Assembly (NCBI GenBank): GCA_963847625.1
Contig: CAWKAR010000026.1
Span: 1-64,000 of the forward strand
Length of the DNA stretch: 64,000 bases
Source: a candidate division FCPU426 bacterium
GTDB lineage: Bacteria > Oederibacteriota > Muellerivitia > Muellerivitales > Muellerivitaceae
Direction of reading: 5' to 3'
Shown piece by piece: positions 49,987-60,430 of this stretch. Position 1 is the stretch's first letter. The number at the start of each line of letters is the position of its first letter. The notes under the pieces were generated by a model. The model worked only from the letters and a program-made list of their open reading frames with translations. It made no database searches and had not been told where the DNA came from. A program made the position numbers and the translations under genes.

Positions 49987-52900
49987 TTATTTTAAGAGAA
50001 GGACCCGTTTGATTTTCCGGTCATAAGGCTCGACCAGGTAGAAAATATAGATCCCGCTGGCGCATGGATCCCCGAATTTGTTCTTCCCGTCCCAATGGTA
50101 GGAAGCCGCATAAGCGCCTTCCAAATACTGTTCATCCAGGGTTTGAACATGTTCCCCCGCAGAATTGTAAATTCTCAGCGAAAAAACTCCCGGGAACTGG
50201 CAATAGGAAACAAAGATCGATACCGGCCCCAAGGCCGGGTTAAATATATTTTTTGAGACGTAATACTGGTCGCATTTCGGGAGAGGTGTGACGGTCGGCG
50301 TGTCGGTGAAGGTCCCGGTAGCTGTTTTTGCGTGCGTGATGGTGGGGGTCGGAGTGGAAGTATCGGTCCAAGTAGTCGTGGGAGTTTGGGTCTTCGTGCG
50401 CGTGGGGGTATTGGTGGGGGTTACTGTCGGGGTGGGGGTCAGGGTGTTTGTCGATGTGTCCGTGGCCGTGGAGGTTTCCGTGGGCGTGTTGGTCGGCGTG
50501 GGTGTGTTGGTGGAGGTCAAGGTCGGGGTTTCCGTCGGCGTGTCCGTGGGAGTGCTGGTATTCGTCGGCGTGTAAGTTTCTGTCGGCGTATTCGTCGGGG
50601 TCAATGTCGGGGTATCAGTCGGCGTGTTCATAGGTGTGCTGGTATTGGTAAGCGTGAAGGTCGGGATCGGACTCAGGGTGTTCGTGGGCGTGTTTGTGAA
50701 CGTATACGTGAAGATGGGAGTCCAGGTCGGGGTGGGGGTGGAGGTTAGCGTGAGGGTGTCGCTTGGCGTAGCCGAAGGCGTAGCGGTGAGGGACGCCGTA
50801 GGCGTCATCGAAGCCGTCGGAGTCGGGGTAGGAGTCGAAGTCGGCGTGGGGGTCAGTGTCCGAGTCGGAGTCCCAGTTGATGTTAAAGAAACGGTTGGAG
50901 TCGGGGAGGCTGTCGCGCTATTCGTCGGGGTGTTCGTGAGAGTGGGGGTCGGCGTTGTCGTGGACGTAATCGTGGGTGTATTCGTGGGCGATGTGGTGCC
51001 GGTCGGGCTGGGGGTCGGCGTGAGCGTGTTCGTCGGCGTATTGGTCGGCGTCGGGGTGGGGGTAATGGTAGGCGTAGGGGTTGGTGTGGCTGTGGGCGTA
51101 CGAGTCGGCGTGTTGGTCGGGGTGAGTGAGGGTGTGGTCGTCGGAGTCGGCGTTGGGGTGGAAGTCAGGGTGTTGGTCGGGGTATTCGTTGGCGTCGGCG
51201 AGGGAGTTGTCGTCGGGGTCGGCGTGGGCGTGCGCGTAGGCGTGTTAGTCGGAGTATTCGTTGGGGTGGGGGTGGGTGTCGTCGTCGGGGTGGGTGTTGG
51301 CGTGTTCGTGGGCGTGTTGGTGGGGGTGTTCGTCGGCGTTGGCGAGGGTGTCGTCGTCGGGGTCGGTGTGGGTGTACGAGTCGGCGTGTTGGTCGGTGTG
51401 TTCGTCGGCGTGGGCGAGGGTGTGATGGTGGGTGTTGGGGTTGGCGTGGGTGTGTTCGTGCGGGTGGGAGTGTTGGTCGGTGTGGCTGTGGGCGACGTGG
51501 TCCCGGTCGGGCTGGGGGTCGGCGTGAGAGTGTTCGTGGGCGTGTTGGTCGTCGTCGGCGTGGGGGTAATGGTAGGCGTGGGAGTGGGTGTGGCTGTAGG
51601 CGTTCGCGTGGGCGTATTCGTCGGGGTAGGTGAAGGTGTGGTCGTCGGGGTGGGCGTCGGCGTGTGCGTGGGCGTGTTGGTGGGGGTATTCGTCGGGGTG
51701 GGTGAAGGTGTCGTCGTCGGGGTGGGTGTTGGCGTGTTCGTGGGCGTGTTGGTGGGAGTATTTGTCGGCGTCGGCGAGGGAGTCGTCGTCAGGGTTGGCG
51801 TGGGAGTACGCGTAGGCGTCCTTGTCGGGGTATTCGTTGGGGTGGGGGTGGGTGTCGTCGTCGGGGTGGATGTTGGCGTGTTCGTGGGCGTGTTGGTTGG
51901 GGTGTTCGTCGGCGTCGGCGTGGGTGTGATCGTGGGCGTCGGTGTCGGAGTGGGTGTAGGCGTTCTTGTGGGCGTGTTGGTCGAGGTGTTCGTGGGCGAT
52001 GTGGTGCCGGTCGGGCTGGGGGTCGGCGTGAGAGTGTTCGTGGGCGTGTTGGTCGGCGTCGGGGTGGGGGTAATGGTAGGCGTAGGGGTTGGTGTGGCCG
52101 TGGGCGTCCTTGTCGGGGTATTCGTCGGTGTAGGTGAAGGTGTGGTCGTTGGAGTTGGGGTCGGGGTCCTCGTTGGGGTATTGGTCGGCGTGTTCGTCGG
52201 AGTGGGTGTGGGTGTGGTCGTCGGGGTCGGTGTGGGCGTGTTCGTGGGGGTGTTGGTTGGGGTGTTCGTCGGCGTCGGCGAGGGTGTTGTCGTCGGGGTC
52301 GGTGTGGGCGTGCGCGTGGGCGTGTTGGTCGGGGTATTCGTTGGGGTGGGCGTGGGTGTGATCGTGGGCGTCGGTGTCGAAGTGGGTGTAGGGGTTCTTG
52401 TGGGCGTGTTGGTCGGGGTGTTGGTGGGCGATGTGGTGCCGGTCGGGCTGGGAGTCGGTGTATGCGTGTTCGTCGGCGTGTTGGTCGGCGTCGAGGTGAG
52501 GGTAATGGTAGGCGTTGGGGTTGGAGTAGGAGTGGGCGTCCTTGTCGGGGTATTCGTCGGGGTGGGTGAGGGGGTCGTCGTAGGGGTGGGTGTTGGCGTG
52601 TTCGTGGGCGTGTTGGTCGGGGTATTCGTCGGCGTTGGCGAGGGAGTTGTCGTCAGGGTCGGCGTGGGAGTACGCGTAGGCGTCCTTGTCGGGGTATACG
52701 TTGGGGTGGGTGTGGGTGTCGTCGTCGGGGTGGATGTTGGCGTGTTCGTGGGCGTGTTGGTTGGGGTATTTGTCGGCGTTGGCGTGGGGGTTGTGGTTGG
52801 CGTCGGAGTCGGTGTGGGGGTCGGCGTTCTCGTGGTTGTGTTCGTCGGGGTGGGGGTGGGTGAGGTTGTCGGGGTGGGGGTGGGCGTATTCGTGGGTGAG

Positions 52901-55284
52901 TTGGTGGGTGTGTTCGTAGGCGTAGGAGAGAGCGTACGGGTCGGAGTGGGCGTAGGAGTATTCGTGGGTGTGTTCGTTGGGGTGTTCGTGGGTGTAGGCG
53001 TGGGACTTGTTGTGGGTGTGGGTGTTGGCGTCCGGGTCGGGGTGTTCGTGGGAGTATTCGTCGGCGTTGGGGTGGGCGAGACGGTTGGGGTCGGACTCGG
53101 GGTATTCGTCGGGGTTGGAGTAGGTGTTCGGGTCGGGGTGTTCGTGGGGGTATTGGTCGGCGTGGGAGTGGGAGAGACGGTCGGGGTCGGAGTTGGTGTG
53201 TTCGTCGGGGTAGGAGTTGGCGTCCGGGTCGGGGTGTTCGTGGGGGTATTGGTCGGTGTGGGGGTGGGTGAGACAGTCGGTGTCGGAGTTGGGGTGTTCG
53301 TCGGAGTGGGCGTATTCGTCCGGGTCGGGGTGTTCGTGGGGGTATTGGTCGGTGTGGGGGTGGGTGAGACGGTCGGAGTCGGACTCGGGGTGTTCGTCGG
53401 CGTGGGGGTATTCGTCCGGGTCGGGGTGGGAGTTGGGGTTGGGCTGTTCGTTGGTGTAGGAGTTGGCGTCCGGGTCGGGGTGTTCGTGGGAGTATTGGTC
53501 GGCGTGGGAGTGGGACTTACTGTCGGGGTGGGAGTCGGGGTGTTCGTTGGTGTTGGTGTATTCGTCCGGGTCGGAGTGTTCGTGGGGGTATTTGTAGGGG
53601 TATTCGTGGGCGTTCTCGTCGGAGTATTGGTTGGCGTCGGGGTAGGCGTTGGGGTGTTCGTGGGCGTAATCGTAGGGGTATTAGTAGGCGTCCGCGTTGG
53701 GGTGTTGGTGGGGGTGTTCGTAGGTGTGGATGTGGGCGTCCTCGTCGGGGTGTTGGTGGGCGTGTTCGTGGGTGAAGGCGTGGGGGTCGGGGTATTGGTT
53801 ATTCCCGGGGTCGGGGTGCAAGTCAGAAGGACCATGCACGGCTCCATCCCAGTGGCGGTGTCAAAGTTGGTCCCCGAAGCATCCAACTGTTCCCGTACCA
53901 GGGTTCCATTGTAATAAAGCGCGAAAAACGGGTTTTCCTGGTTTGAAGAATTGGAGGAACAATCACCGTTGCCGGTCCCGAAATGCGACCAGTCGTCGGA
54001 AAAGTTGCCGTTGTCCATTTGCGTGTTGTTTCGCCCGTACCGGAGCATGTCGTATTGGACATACCAGTAGCCGCCATTGGGCGGGATGACGTAAGCCGTG
54101 GAGGTCGGGGAAAAGCAGTAAGTGATCATCTGGTTTGCGTAATGACCTGATATTTGCGTGCAGGGGCCGAAGGAAGCCACGGAGACCGTACCTGAAATAT
54201 TGATGTTCCCGCAGGAGGCCCCTCCGGCGGTGCAGGTGGTTCCGGCCGAGTTGTTGAGCTGCGCCATGTTGATGGTTTGGGATTCATAGGCCCAGGCCTT
54301 GACGCAAAGATTTGAGATGGTGACGGGGGTGGTGCCCCAGTTGTATACCCGGAAACCGTAATCCATATATTGGTTGTTTTGAAAATAACAGGCTGTTTGC
54401 AGGTTCAGCATGGGGGAGGTGATCCCGGGGCTGTTGCAGCCCGGCCAAGGGGTGAAAGTCGGGGTGGGTGAGCCCACTGTCGGCGTGGGCGTGAAAGTGC
54501 CGGTGGGAATGAGTGTGGGGGTGACGTCCACAGCCGGGGTGACCGTGGGCTGCGGCGTGATGGCGCAGGCGGTGCTTCCCAGCTCGAAATGCTGCCGGAA
54601 TATGTACACATCGCCCGATTGGACGCCGGTACCGTCGGACAGAAAGGCGTTGATCGCCCAAATCCAGGGCACCACGCTGCCCGAGGCTGGGTTGGTGAAT
54701 GTTCCCCAGCAAGAGCAATAAGTCGTAGTGGCGGCGGAAGTGGCGACATATGGGCCGAGCCATCCGCTTTCACTTGAGCCCGGGTTGCTCCAGCCTGAGG
54801 GAAAAAGACAGGTGGGAGGGTCGGGGGGATTATTACAGCCGCCACTGAGTATGTTGCCGGCAAACTTGGAGACCGTGCAGGTCCCATCGCTTTCGATATA
54901 TTGAGTCGTTCCACTCGAGCAGACGATGGTCAAAAGCCAACTGGCGCCGTTATGGTCGCCGGGGGCGACGTCTGCGGTTTCATCCGCGACCGCCAGCACA
55001 TTGTCCGAGGGATAGTTATTGAACAAACTGGCGGGAATGCTAGCGGTGGTAGCACTGCCATAACAGTTTCCGCTGGCACAGCCTCCAATGTAAGTGCCAT
55101 TTAGATAAACCCAGACGTCGTCGTCACCCATAAATTGAATGCTCGCGCTCGTTACGGTGCATTGTGCCTTTAGAAAGGATGGGGACATCCAACTAAGGAC
55201 CGCTAATAAAAAAACGGCGCAAAACCGGTTTAACCATGAGAGTTGAAAACGATTTAAACCGGTTTCAGAAAAATAGCGGAACAT
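49987..55284 (-). CDS. Giant secreted surface protein: N-terminal lectin-like domain, CBM3-like module, ~1180-aa Thr/Pro stalk, FlgD/T9SS-CTD-like C-terminus
   Basis: Signal peptide; [16 protein letters not shown]...FSDDWS...ALYYNGTLV...GMEP; C-terminal NIFNP...IYNSAGE...WDGKNKFG...SGIY. Confidence 0.88.
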   Translation of the reverse strand: MFRYFSETGLNRFQLSWLNRFCAVFLLAVLSWMSPSFLKAQCTVTSASIQFMGDDDVWVYLNGTYIGGCASGNCYGSATTASIPASLFNNYPSDNVLAVADETADVAPGDHNGASWLLTIVCSSGTTQYIESDGTCTVSKFAGNILSGGCNNPPDPPTCLFPSGWSNPGSSESGWLGPYVATSAATTTYCSCWGTFTNPASGSVVPWIWAINAFLSDGTGVQSGDVYIFRQHFELGSTACAITPQPTVTPAVDVTPTLIPTGTFTPTPTVGSPTPTFTPWPGCNSPGITSPMLNLQTACYFQNNQYMDYGFRVYNWGTTPVTISNLCVKAWAYESQTINMAQLNNSAGTTCTAGGASCGNINISGTVSVASFGPCTQISGHYANQMITYCFSPTSTAYVIPPNGGYWYVQYDMLRYGRNNTQMDNGNFSDDWSHFGTGNGDCSSNSSNQENPFFALYYNGTLVREQLDASGTNFDTATGMEPCMVLLTCTPTPGITNTPTPTPSPTNTPTNTPTRTPTSTPTNTPTNTPTRTPTNTPTITPTNTPTPTPTPTNTPTRTPTNTPTNTPTNTPTRTNTPTPTNTPTPTPTVSPTPTPTNTPTNTPTRTPTPTPTNSPTPTPTPTRTNTPTPTNTPSPTPTVSPTPTPTNTPTNTPTRTNTPTPTNTPTPTPTVSPTPTPTNTPTNTPTRTPTPTPTNTPTPTPTVSPTPTPTNTPTNTPTRTPTPTPTNTPSPTPTVSPTPTPTNTPTNTPTRTPTPTPTTSPTPTPTNTPTNTPTNTPTPTPTRTLSPTPTNTPTNSPTNTPTPTPTTSPTPTPTNTTTRTPTPTPTPTPTTTPTPTPTNTPTNTPTNTPTSTPTTTPTPTPTYTPTRTPTRTPTPTLTTTPSPTPTNTPTNTPTNTPTPTPTTTPSPTPTNTPTRTPTPTPTPTPTITLTSTPTNTPTNTHTPTPSPTGTTSPTNTPTNTPTRTPTPTSTPTPTITPTPTPTNTPTNTPTRTPTPTPTTTPSPTPTNTPTNTPTNTPTPTPTTTPTPTPTNTPTNTPTRTPTPTPTTTPSPTPTNTPTRTPTATPTPTPTITPTPTPTNTPTNTLTPTPSPTGTTSPTNTSTNTPTRTPTPTPTPTPTITPTPTPTNTPTNTPTNTPTSTPTTTPTPTPTNTPTRTPTRTPTPTLTTTPSPTPTNTPTNTPTNTPTPTPTTTPSPTPTNTPTNTPTHTPTPTPTTTPSPTPTNTPTRTPTATPTPTPTITPTPTTTNTPTNTLTPTPSPTGTTSPTATPTNTPTRTNTPTPTPTPTITPSPTPTNTPTNTPTRTPTPTPTTTPSPTPTNTPTNTPTNTPTPTPTTTPTPTPTNTPTNTPTRTPTPTPTTTPSPTPTNTPTNTLTSTPTPTPTTTPSLTPTNTPTRTPTATPTPTPTITPTPTPTNTPTNTLTPTPSPTGTTSPTNTPTITSTTTPTPTLTNTPTNSATASPTPTVSLTSTGTPTRTLTPTPTSTPTPTPTASMTPTASLTATPSATPSDTLTLTSTPTPTWTPIFTYTFTNTPTNTLSPIPTFTLTNTSTPMNTPTDTPTLTPTNTPTETYTPTNTSTPTDTPTETPTLTSTNTPTPTNTPTETSTATDTSTNTLTPTPTVTPTNTPTRTKTQTPTTTWTDTSTPTPTITHAKTATGTFTDTPTVTPLPKCDQYYVSKNIFNPALGPVSIFVSYCQFPGVFSLRIYNSAGEHVQTLDEQYLEGAYAASYHWDGKNKFGDPCASGIYIFYLVEPYDRKIKRVLLLK

Positions 55285-55478
55285 CGGCTCTCCTGTGTTT
55301 TGGCGGTGAAAAATGTATTGGAGATTTATTTAATGGAACCAAAATATTTTTTGATCCGCTCCCCGGACCCTCTGATTTCATAGGCAACCAATATAATTGT
55401 CAGTATATTTATTAGCTTATCTCAAAACGAGGAGTTTTGCTATGAGGCGCCCCTGGCCGCTTTGGTCCGATATACGCA

Positions 55479-55751
55479 CCCATACCCTTAACCCATTACC
55501 CATAAACCCATTGGTATGGCCTAAAAGCCATTATCTATGGGTTGAATAACCCCTAACCAACACCTAAACCCATACCCACAAACCCACCCTAAACCCATTC
55601 TCAGAATGCCATTCTTAGAATCCCAAACCCATTCTCAGAATCAATCTCAGAATGCCAGACTCGAATCCGAACCCAAAACCACATATTTCTCAATGTTTAA
55701 TTAATCTCGGATTCCATTCTCGGAATCATTCTTAGAATGATTCCGAGAATG
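55479..55751. repeat. Two CCC-tract clusters plus an array of ATTCT-N-AGAAT palindromes
   Basis: Five CCC runs each at 55479-55509 and 55569-55596; about eight 11-bp palindrome-like units from 55597 to 55750, including a 37-bp palindrome at 55715-55751. Confidence 0.8.
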
Positions 55752-56042
55752 ACAGAATGAAAACTGAATCTGATCTGGCTAAACAGTTCACTGGATAGAC
55801 CCGCCTTAAACGAATTTAAGAACTTATTTTTAGGGGGTGTTTCAGGTTTTGCTATTTGAGATTAGACAGAGGAAGGGTAGGTTGATTTCAAAATGGCTTT
55901 CACCGCTCCAAACCCCCTCTTTAGCTCCAAGTGGGAATCTAGTGGGAAAATAACATTCCCACTTGCTATTTCTTGACAGATAACGAAAATCGTGACCGAA
56001 GGGGTCCAGGCTTAAAGATTATACTTTACGTCGCCAAAACAG

Positions 56043-56777
56043 TTAGAAATGGAAATTCGCGCCTATCTGTAGCGGAAAAAGGATGATGGGGTTGTCGGAA
56101 TAAAGCTCCCCTTGCGTCCCTTTGCTTTCAACCGTGGTCTCGAAATCCATTGCCATTTTCATTTGCGCGAATAAATCCAAGCCCCCCGCCAAATTGAACC
56201 CCAGCCCGATGCCGGGGTCCAACTCGGGATTCGTCCAGGCCGTAACCGCGCTCGCCGGGGGCGAGGGGGTCATGCTTAATGAATCCATCGCGATTCCGGC
56301 GCCTAGCAGGACGAAGGGATAAAAACCGGCCCCTATGGGGAAATCGTATTGACCCACGATCTCCAGGGGATTGTGGGACAGGGTCGCGGAAATACTTGAG
56401 GGAAGGTTTTTAAAGGAGAAACTCCCGATGCCGTACTCCAAGCCCAGGGAAAAGTTCCCCGGAAAAGCGTAACCCGCCTGGATCTCGCCGCAGGTACCCG
56501 AGTTTAAATGCGAAACTGCGTCACTGCTGGCGGGGAAAACCTCCCCGCCTTGCAATTGGATGAACAAATGCCCGTGTTCTTTCGGGGGGACAGGCGTTTT
56601 TACGGGAGTCTGGACCGCCACGGGTTTCTTTTTTTGGGGCTTGACGGTTTTTTTAATGGTCTTCTTAACGGCCGGGATCGGGGTTGCTTCCGTACCGTTT
56701 CCGGCACTTGAACTTGTCCCATATGCGACCGAGGTCATGATCACCAGCGCGGCGAAAAAACAAATAAACTTTCTCAT
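56043..56777 (-). CDS. Outer-membrane beta-barrel protein with Lys/Pro-rich N-terminal linker
   Basis: Signal peptide, alternating beta-strands, C-terminal NFHF. Confidence 0.75.
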   Translation of the reverse strand: MRKFICFFAALVIMTSVAYGTSSSAGNGTEATPIPAVKKTIKKTVKPQKKKPVAVQTPVKTPVPPKEHGHLFIQLQGGEVFPASSDAVSHLNSGTCGEIQAGYAFPGNFSLGLEYGIGSFSFKNLPSSISATLSHNPLEIVGQYDFPIGAGFYPFVLLGAGIAMDSLSMTPSPPASAVTAWTNPELDPGIGLGFNLAGGLDLFAQMKMAMDFETTVESKGTQGELYSDNPIILFPLQIGANFHF

Positions 56778-56913
56778 ATTTCCTCCTAAAAGCCGGTGGA
56801 TTTTCTAAAAGAAAATCTTCCTAAATTCATAATTCAAAATTCAGAATTGACCTTTCCCCCGAAAACTGATCCAAAAATATGTTAGTTTTGGATTATAGAT
56901 CGGGAGGGGAAAG

Positions 56914-57183
56914 ATGGCAAAGAAACGGTTTTTATCTGAGCAGATAGTGGCTATTCTCCGCGAGGCGGAGAAAGCTCCCGCCGTTGAGGAAGTTCTCCGA
57001 AAGCATGGCATTTCCGAGCAGACTTACTACCGCTGGAAACGCATGTACGGAAGCCTTGGAGTTTCCGAAGTCCACCGCATCAAACAGCTGGAAGAAGAAA
57101 ACCGGAAACTCAAGCAGTTAGCGGGTGATCAGGCCCTGGCTATTCAGGTTCTCCAAGAGCACATAAAAAAAAAGGGGTATTGA
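56914..57183 (+). CDS. IS3 transposase OrfA (HTH)
   Basis: KRFLSEQIVAILREAE...GISEQTYYRWK; ends in an A9G slippery run (A AAA AAG). Confidence 0.95.
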   Translation: MAKKRFLSEQIVAILREAEKAPAVEEVLRKHGISEQTYYRWKRMYGSLGVSEVHRIKQLEEENRKLKQLAGDQALAIQVLQEHIKKKGY

Positions 57184-58010
57184 TCGAGGAGCAAAAAGGC
57201 ATGGTGGAAGCCCTGAAGGCTCAGGAAGTACCGGAAAGACGAGCCTGTGATGTTCTTGGGGTAAATCGATCGAGTTTTCGATATGAGGCCCAGCCAGAAG
57301 ATCCGTTGAACCAGGTGATCCTGCAGGAAATGGTTAAGTTAGCGCAAAGAAACCGACGTTTCGGAAGCCCTCGGATGTTGTGGATGTTGGAACGCAGAGG
57401 CCTTGATGTGAATCACAAGCGGGTGGAGAGGCTCTACCAGGTAGCAGGGCTTCAATTACCGCGCAGGAGACCCAGGAAGAAGAGGGTTCCGACGGAATGG
57501 AGAAGGCCCCACCCGGCTTTGGGTTCCAACGAGGTGTGGACGATGGACTTCGTGCATGACCTGACATGGTTCGGGGGAAAGGTGAAGTTTTTGACGGTGT
57601 TGGATGAAGGATTTAGGGAATGCTTGGAGATCCGGGCGGAGAAGCGAATGAGAAGCCGGGACGTGCTGGAGACGCTGGACGAGTTGATGACGGAGTACGG
57701 GACACCAAAGTGCCTGCGGGTGGACAACGGGCCAGAGTTCGTGGCGAAAGAACTGAGGAACTGGCTTGAGGAGAAGGGCGTAGAGGTGCTATATATCGAA
57801 CCAGGGAGTCCATGGCAGAATGGATTCATCGAAAGTTTCAACGGAAAGTTTAGGGATGAGTGCCTGAACCAAGAAATTTTTCTTTCAAAAGCGGAGGCCC
57901 AGGTAGTCGTGGATTGGTGGAGGCAGGTGTATAACTGGCAGAGACCGCACAGCAGTTTGGGGGGAAAAACCCCAATGGAAGCAAAGGCCGAAAAGTTGGG
58001 CCTTAACTAA
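57180..58010 (+). CDS. IS3 transposase OrfB (DDE), -1 frame relative to OrfA
   Basis: WTMDF, DNGPEF, PGSPWQNGFIESFNGKFRDECLN. Confidence 0.95.
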   Translation: MIEEQKGMVEALKAQEVPERRACDVLGVNRSSFRYEAQPEDPLNQVILQEMVKLAQRNRRFGSPRMLWMLERRGLDVNHKRVERLYQVAGLQLPRRRPRKKRVPTEWRRPHPALGSNEVWTMDFVHDLTWFGGKVKFLTVLDEGFRECLEIRAEKRMRSRDVLETLDELMTEYGTPKCLRVDNGPEFVAKELRNWLEEKGVEVLYIEPGSPWQNGFIESFNGKFRDECLNQEIFLSKAEAQVVVDWWRQVYNWQRPHSSLGGKTPMEAKAEKLGLN

Positions 58011-58043
58011 CTTAAATTTGGATCAAACATTGGGGGAAGGTCA

Positions 58044-58191
58044 CCCACTTGAAATCTTTTCTGCGAATAGCGCTAATTTGATAGTCAACCACAGCCGCAT
58101 GAATCTCTTCATAAGGTGGGAACCAAAGCAATCCGCTACTACCTAAAACCTTCTCTGTTGAACCACGAACAATTCGAGTTGTTATCTTCAT
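58044..58191 (-). pseudogene. ORF fragment running into the IS3 end
   Basis: MKITTRIVRGSTEKVLG...RRKDFKW is open for 49 codons up to the IS boundary. Confidence 0.4.
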
Positions 58192-58238
58192 TCTTTAAAA
58201 CCGCTTTCAGCTATTTACTAATTGGTGTTTCCCAACGT

Positions 58239-59270
58239 TTAACGAACGTCTTGAATTTCCTTTATAACAATATTGGAAATAACCGCTTTCGTTTGATTGG
58301 TTGTGGAAAAGCCAACATAAACAGGGCGATTCACATGAAAACCTTTTTCTAAAAACCTATCTTTACAGACAATAAGTCTTTGTCTTTCATCCAAAAATTT
58401 AGAAGCTTCAAAGACCATATTTGGAAAAACAAAAGAGCAAAAAGCTTCAAATTCCAAAGCATCTTGAATTTCCGAAACGGACTCCTGTACCATTCGAACC
58501 ACTGAACCTTGGCCGTTCAAATAGTCAATATGACATTCACGTTTATCGTAATTTAATTCAACAGATTCCCAGGGATAGATCACGGCTATGCGGGGATAAT
58601 TACTAGATGGATTATCAGAATTAAACGGCGCATTTGAGAGCAATAACCTAAGATCGCATCCTTTTTTAAGGTCCTGACCCACTTTGTCCAGGCTTGCCTT
58701 ATAAGAAATGGTAAAGTCAAAATTTATCGGTTTTGTTAACCAAACTTCATTATCCGGAGATATTTCCAGTCTATCTGGGGCATGATTGGTTAGTTTCCGT
58801 CCGTCATTTGGGACCCATGTTAAAACAGCCATTTTCGATTTATAAATTATGGAATGAATAAACTTTGTTAACTTCACTTTTAAATCTTTTTCGTCCTCAT
58901 ATGGCAAAATTTCACGGCCCTGAATATCAAATGGAGGTCGTCCACCCCAGCCACCATCCGATTCAGACTTTTCAAATTCTTTCTTTAAACAAATTATTAC
59001 AACAGGTATTTTCGATTCATAAGCAACACCCAATTCAAAAAATACGTTTGCATTTTTATTCGTAATATCTGCAATCACCAATCTTGAGGAACGTATCATT
59101 TCCGCAATGTGATACATCTTTATTTCGTTAGCTTCATACTCATCCAAGGCATCAACAAAATGCAAACCAGCATACGATTCAACCAAAGGCTTAATAACAT
59201 TTCGGAAAAGGTCCTTTGGAATATTTGAATTTTTGAACTGATATACGCCCATACAAGTATTAGACGCCAT
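58239..59270 (-). CDS. Nucleoside 2-deoxyribosyltransferase-like (TIR/DRHyd-fold) domain plus unknown C-terminal domain
   Basis: IRSSRLVIADITNKNANVFFELGVAY...PFDI; low GC. Confidence 0.75.
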   Translation of the reverse strand: MASNTCMGVYQFKNSNIPKDLFRNVIKPLVESYAGLHFVDALDEYEANEIKMYHIAEMIRSSRLVIADITNKNANVFFELGVAYESKIPVVIICLKKEFEKSESDGGWGGRPPFDIQGREILPYEDEKDLKVKLTKFIHSIIYKSKMAVLTWVPNDGRKLTNHAPDRLEISPDNEVWLTKPINFDFTISYKASLDKVGQDLKKGCDLRLLLSNAPFNSDNPSSNYPRIAVIYPWESVELNYDKRECHIDYLNGQGSVVRMVQESVSEIQDALEFEAFCSFVFPNMVFEASKFLDERQRLIVCKDRFLEKGFHVNRPVYVGFSTTNQTKAVISNIVIKEIQDVR

Positions 59271-59304
59271 AATTTGTCCTTTTAATTCTAATCACTTCGT
59301 TTGC

Positions 59305-59751
59305 TCAACTTTTTTCGTCAGGAACCTTGCTATCCCAATTCGCCACCACTACAAGAGCTAAAACAGAAAGAATAAATGGAATAATAACTACAAGTCCAAG
59401 CATCTTGACCACCAATTCATCTTTTAAATTAATCCCATTCGAAATGGATATTATTCCAATTAAAAAACAAATCCCCGAGCAATAGACCAAAGTATTCCAT
59501 GACCATGAAACAAAAAATTCAATGCGCCCCAAAACTCTATCAGTGTCACTTAAAAAAGAATATATTTTTGAAATATCATCGCAAGAAATATTTTTCCTTC
59601 CACCATTTATCTCTTTAACCTTTTCATTAATGGAGCCACGAATGCCTGCAACCTTTTTAACTATATCTTTTCTATAATTAAAACGAGACCAAGCGAAAAC
59701 AAAACAAAAAGATGCAAATGAAAACCAAACCATCGGATTGGATAGAATCAT
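59305..59751 (-). CDS. Hypothetical membrane protein (about 3 TM segments)
   Basis: Hydrophobic segments; low GC; start overlaps the upstream stop (ATGA). Confidence 0.65.
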   Translation of the reverse strand: MILSNPMVWFSFASFCFVFAWSRFNYRKDIVKKVAGIRGSINEKVKEINGGRKNISCDDISKIYSFLSDTDRVLGRIEFFVSWSWNTLVYCSGICFLIGIISISNGINLKDELVVKMLGLVVIIPFILSVLALVVVANWDSKVPDEKS

Positions 59752-60056
59752 TTTTTGGGCCTAACATGGCGTTCATTTTCTTCTGCCGCTGAACCGGCCA
59801 AAAGACCTAGAAAACCACCGACAATTGCACCCAACGGACCGCCCACCGCCCATCCAAGTAAAGCCCCTCCTCCGGCTCCCGCCAGAGATCTTGTCCCAGA
59901 TTCTGCCCCAGAAGTGCGTTTTAAGGTCGTTTGCTTACAATAAGGACAAATCGTAACGGCATCTTGCGACAATAGAATTTTATAACCTTTTAACACCGCA
60001 TATTGGCACGCTTGATTTTGGCAAGAGTACTCAAATTTATTATCTTCAGAACTCAC
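59748..60056 (-). CDS. Zn-ribbon plus glycine-zipper protein
   Basis: CxxxxC...CPYC; AGAGGGALLGWAVGGPLGAIVGG. Confidence 0.7.
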   Translation of the reverse strand: MSSEDNKFEYSCQNQACQYAVLKGYKILLSQDAVTICPYCKQTTLKRTSGAESGTRSLAGAGGGALLGWAVGGPLGAIVGGFLGLLAGSAAEENERHVRPKK

Positions 60057-60195
60057 GAACTTTCCTTCCCCATGCCATTATAGAATCCAGGAATTCTTGC
60101 CTTAACTGTGTTTCGTTGTACTTTCCGGATTTATATTCTTCCAAATTGCAGTTGAACCGTTCAACAAGTTCTAGGATTTCTTTAGTGGCTGTCAT
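60046..60195 (-). pseudogene. N-terminal stub of a type IIG (BpmI/Eco57I-like) restriction-modification enzyme
   Basis: MTATKEILELVERFNCNLEEYKSGKYNETQLRQEFLD resembles the LVERF...YNETQLRxEFID N-terminus of these enzymes; stops after 49 aa. Confidence 0.65.
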
Positions 60196-60430
60196 GACCG
60201 TTATTCTAGCATCTCATAGAACGCCAGAAAGCCATTTATAAGTTTGGAATAAACAAGATCAAAGAAATTGGCAGAGAAAAAAGGGGTCAGTGATTCGAGT
60301 ACCTCACCATCCACCCACTAATCACCATTTAAAACAGGACATTAAAAAACTAAACAAACGTACTTAAACTGCCAAGCTTCCAATCCCAACATTTTCTTTT
60401 CTAGGCTGTCGCCTCGCGCCCACTGGGAAA

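Larger units (their letters stand above)
56848..58043 (+). mobile_element. IS3-family insertion sequence (IS407-like)
   Basis: TIRs TGACCTTTCCCCCGAAAACTGATCCAAA / TGACCTTCCCCCAATGTTTGATCCAAA (TG...CA); orfA and orfB; no target duplication visible. Confidence 0.95.

Noticed and set aside
50288..53914. 1096-aa Val/Gly-rich plus-strand ORF and neighbours
   Set aside because: Antisense shadow of the Thr/Pro stalk; no RBS or domain content.
55479..55760. Possible CRISPR array
   Set aside because: Units are only 6-12 bp with no unique spacers of regular length, and no cas genes are present.
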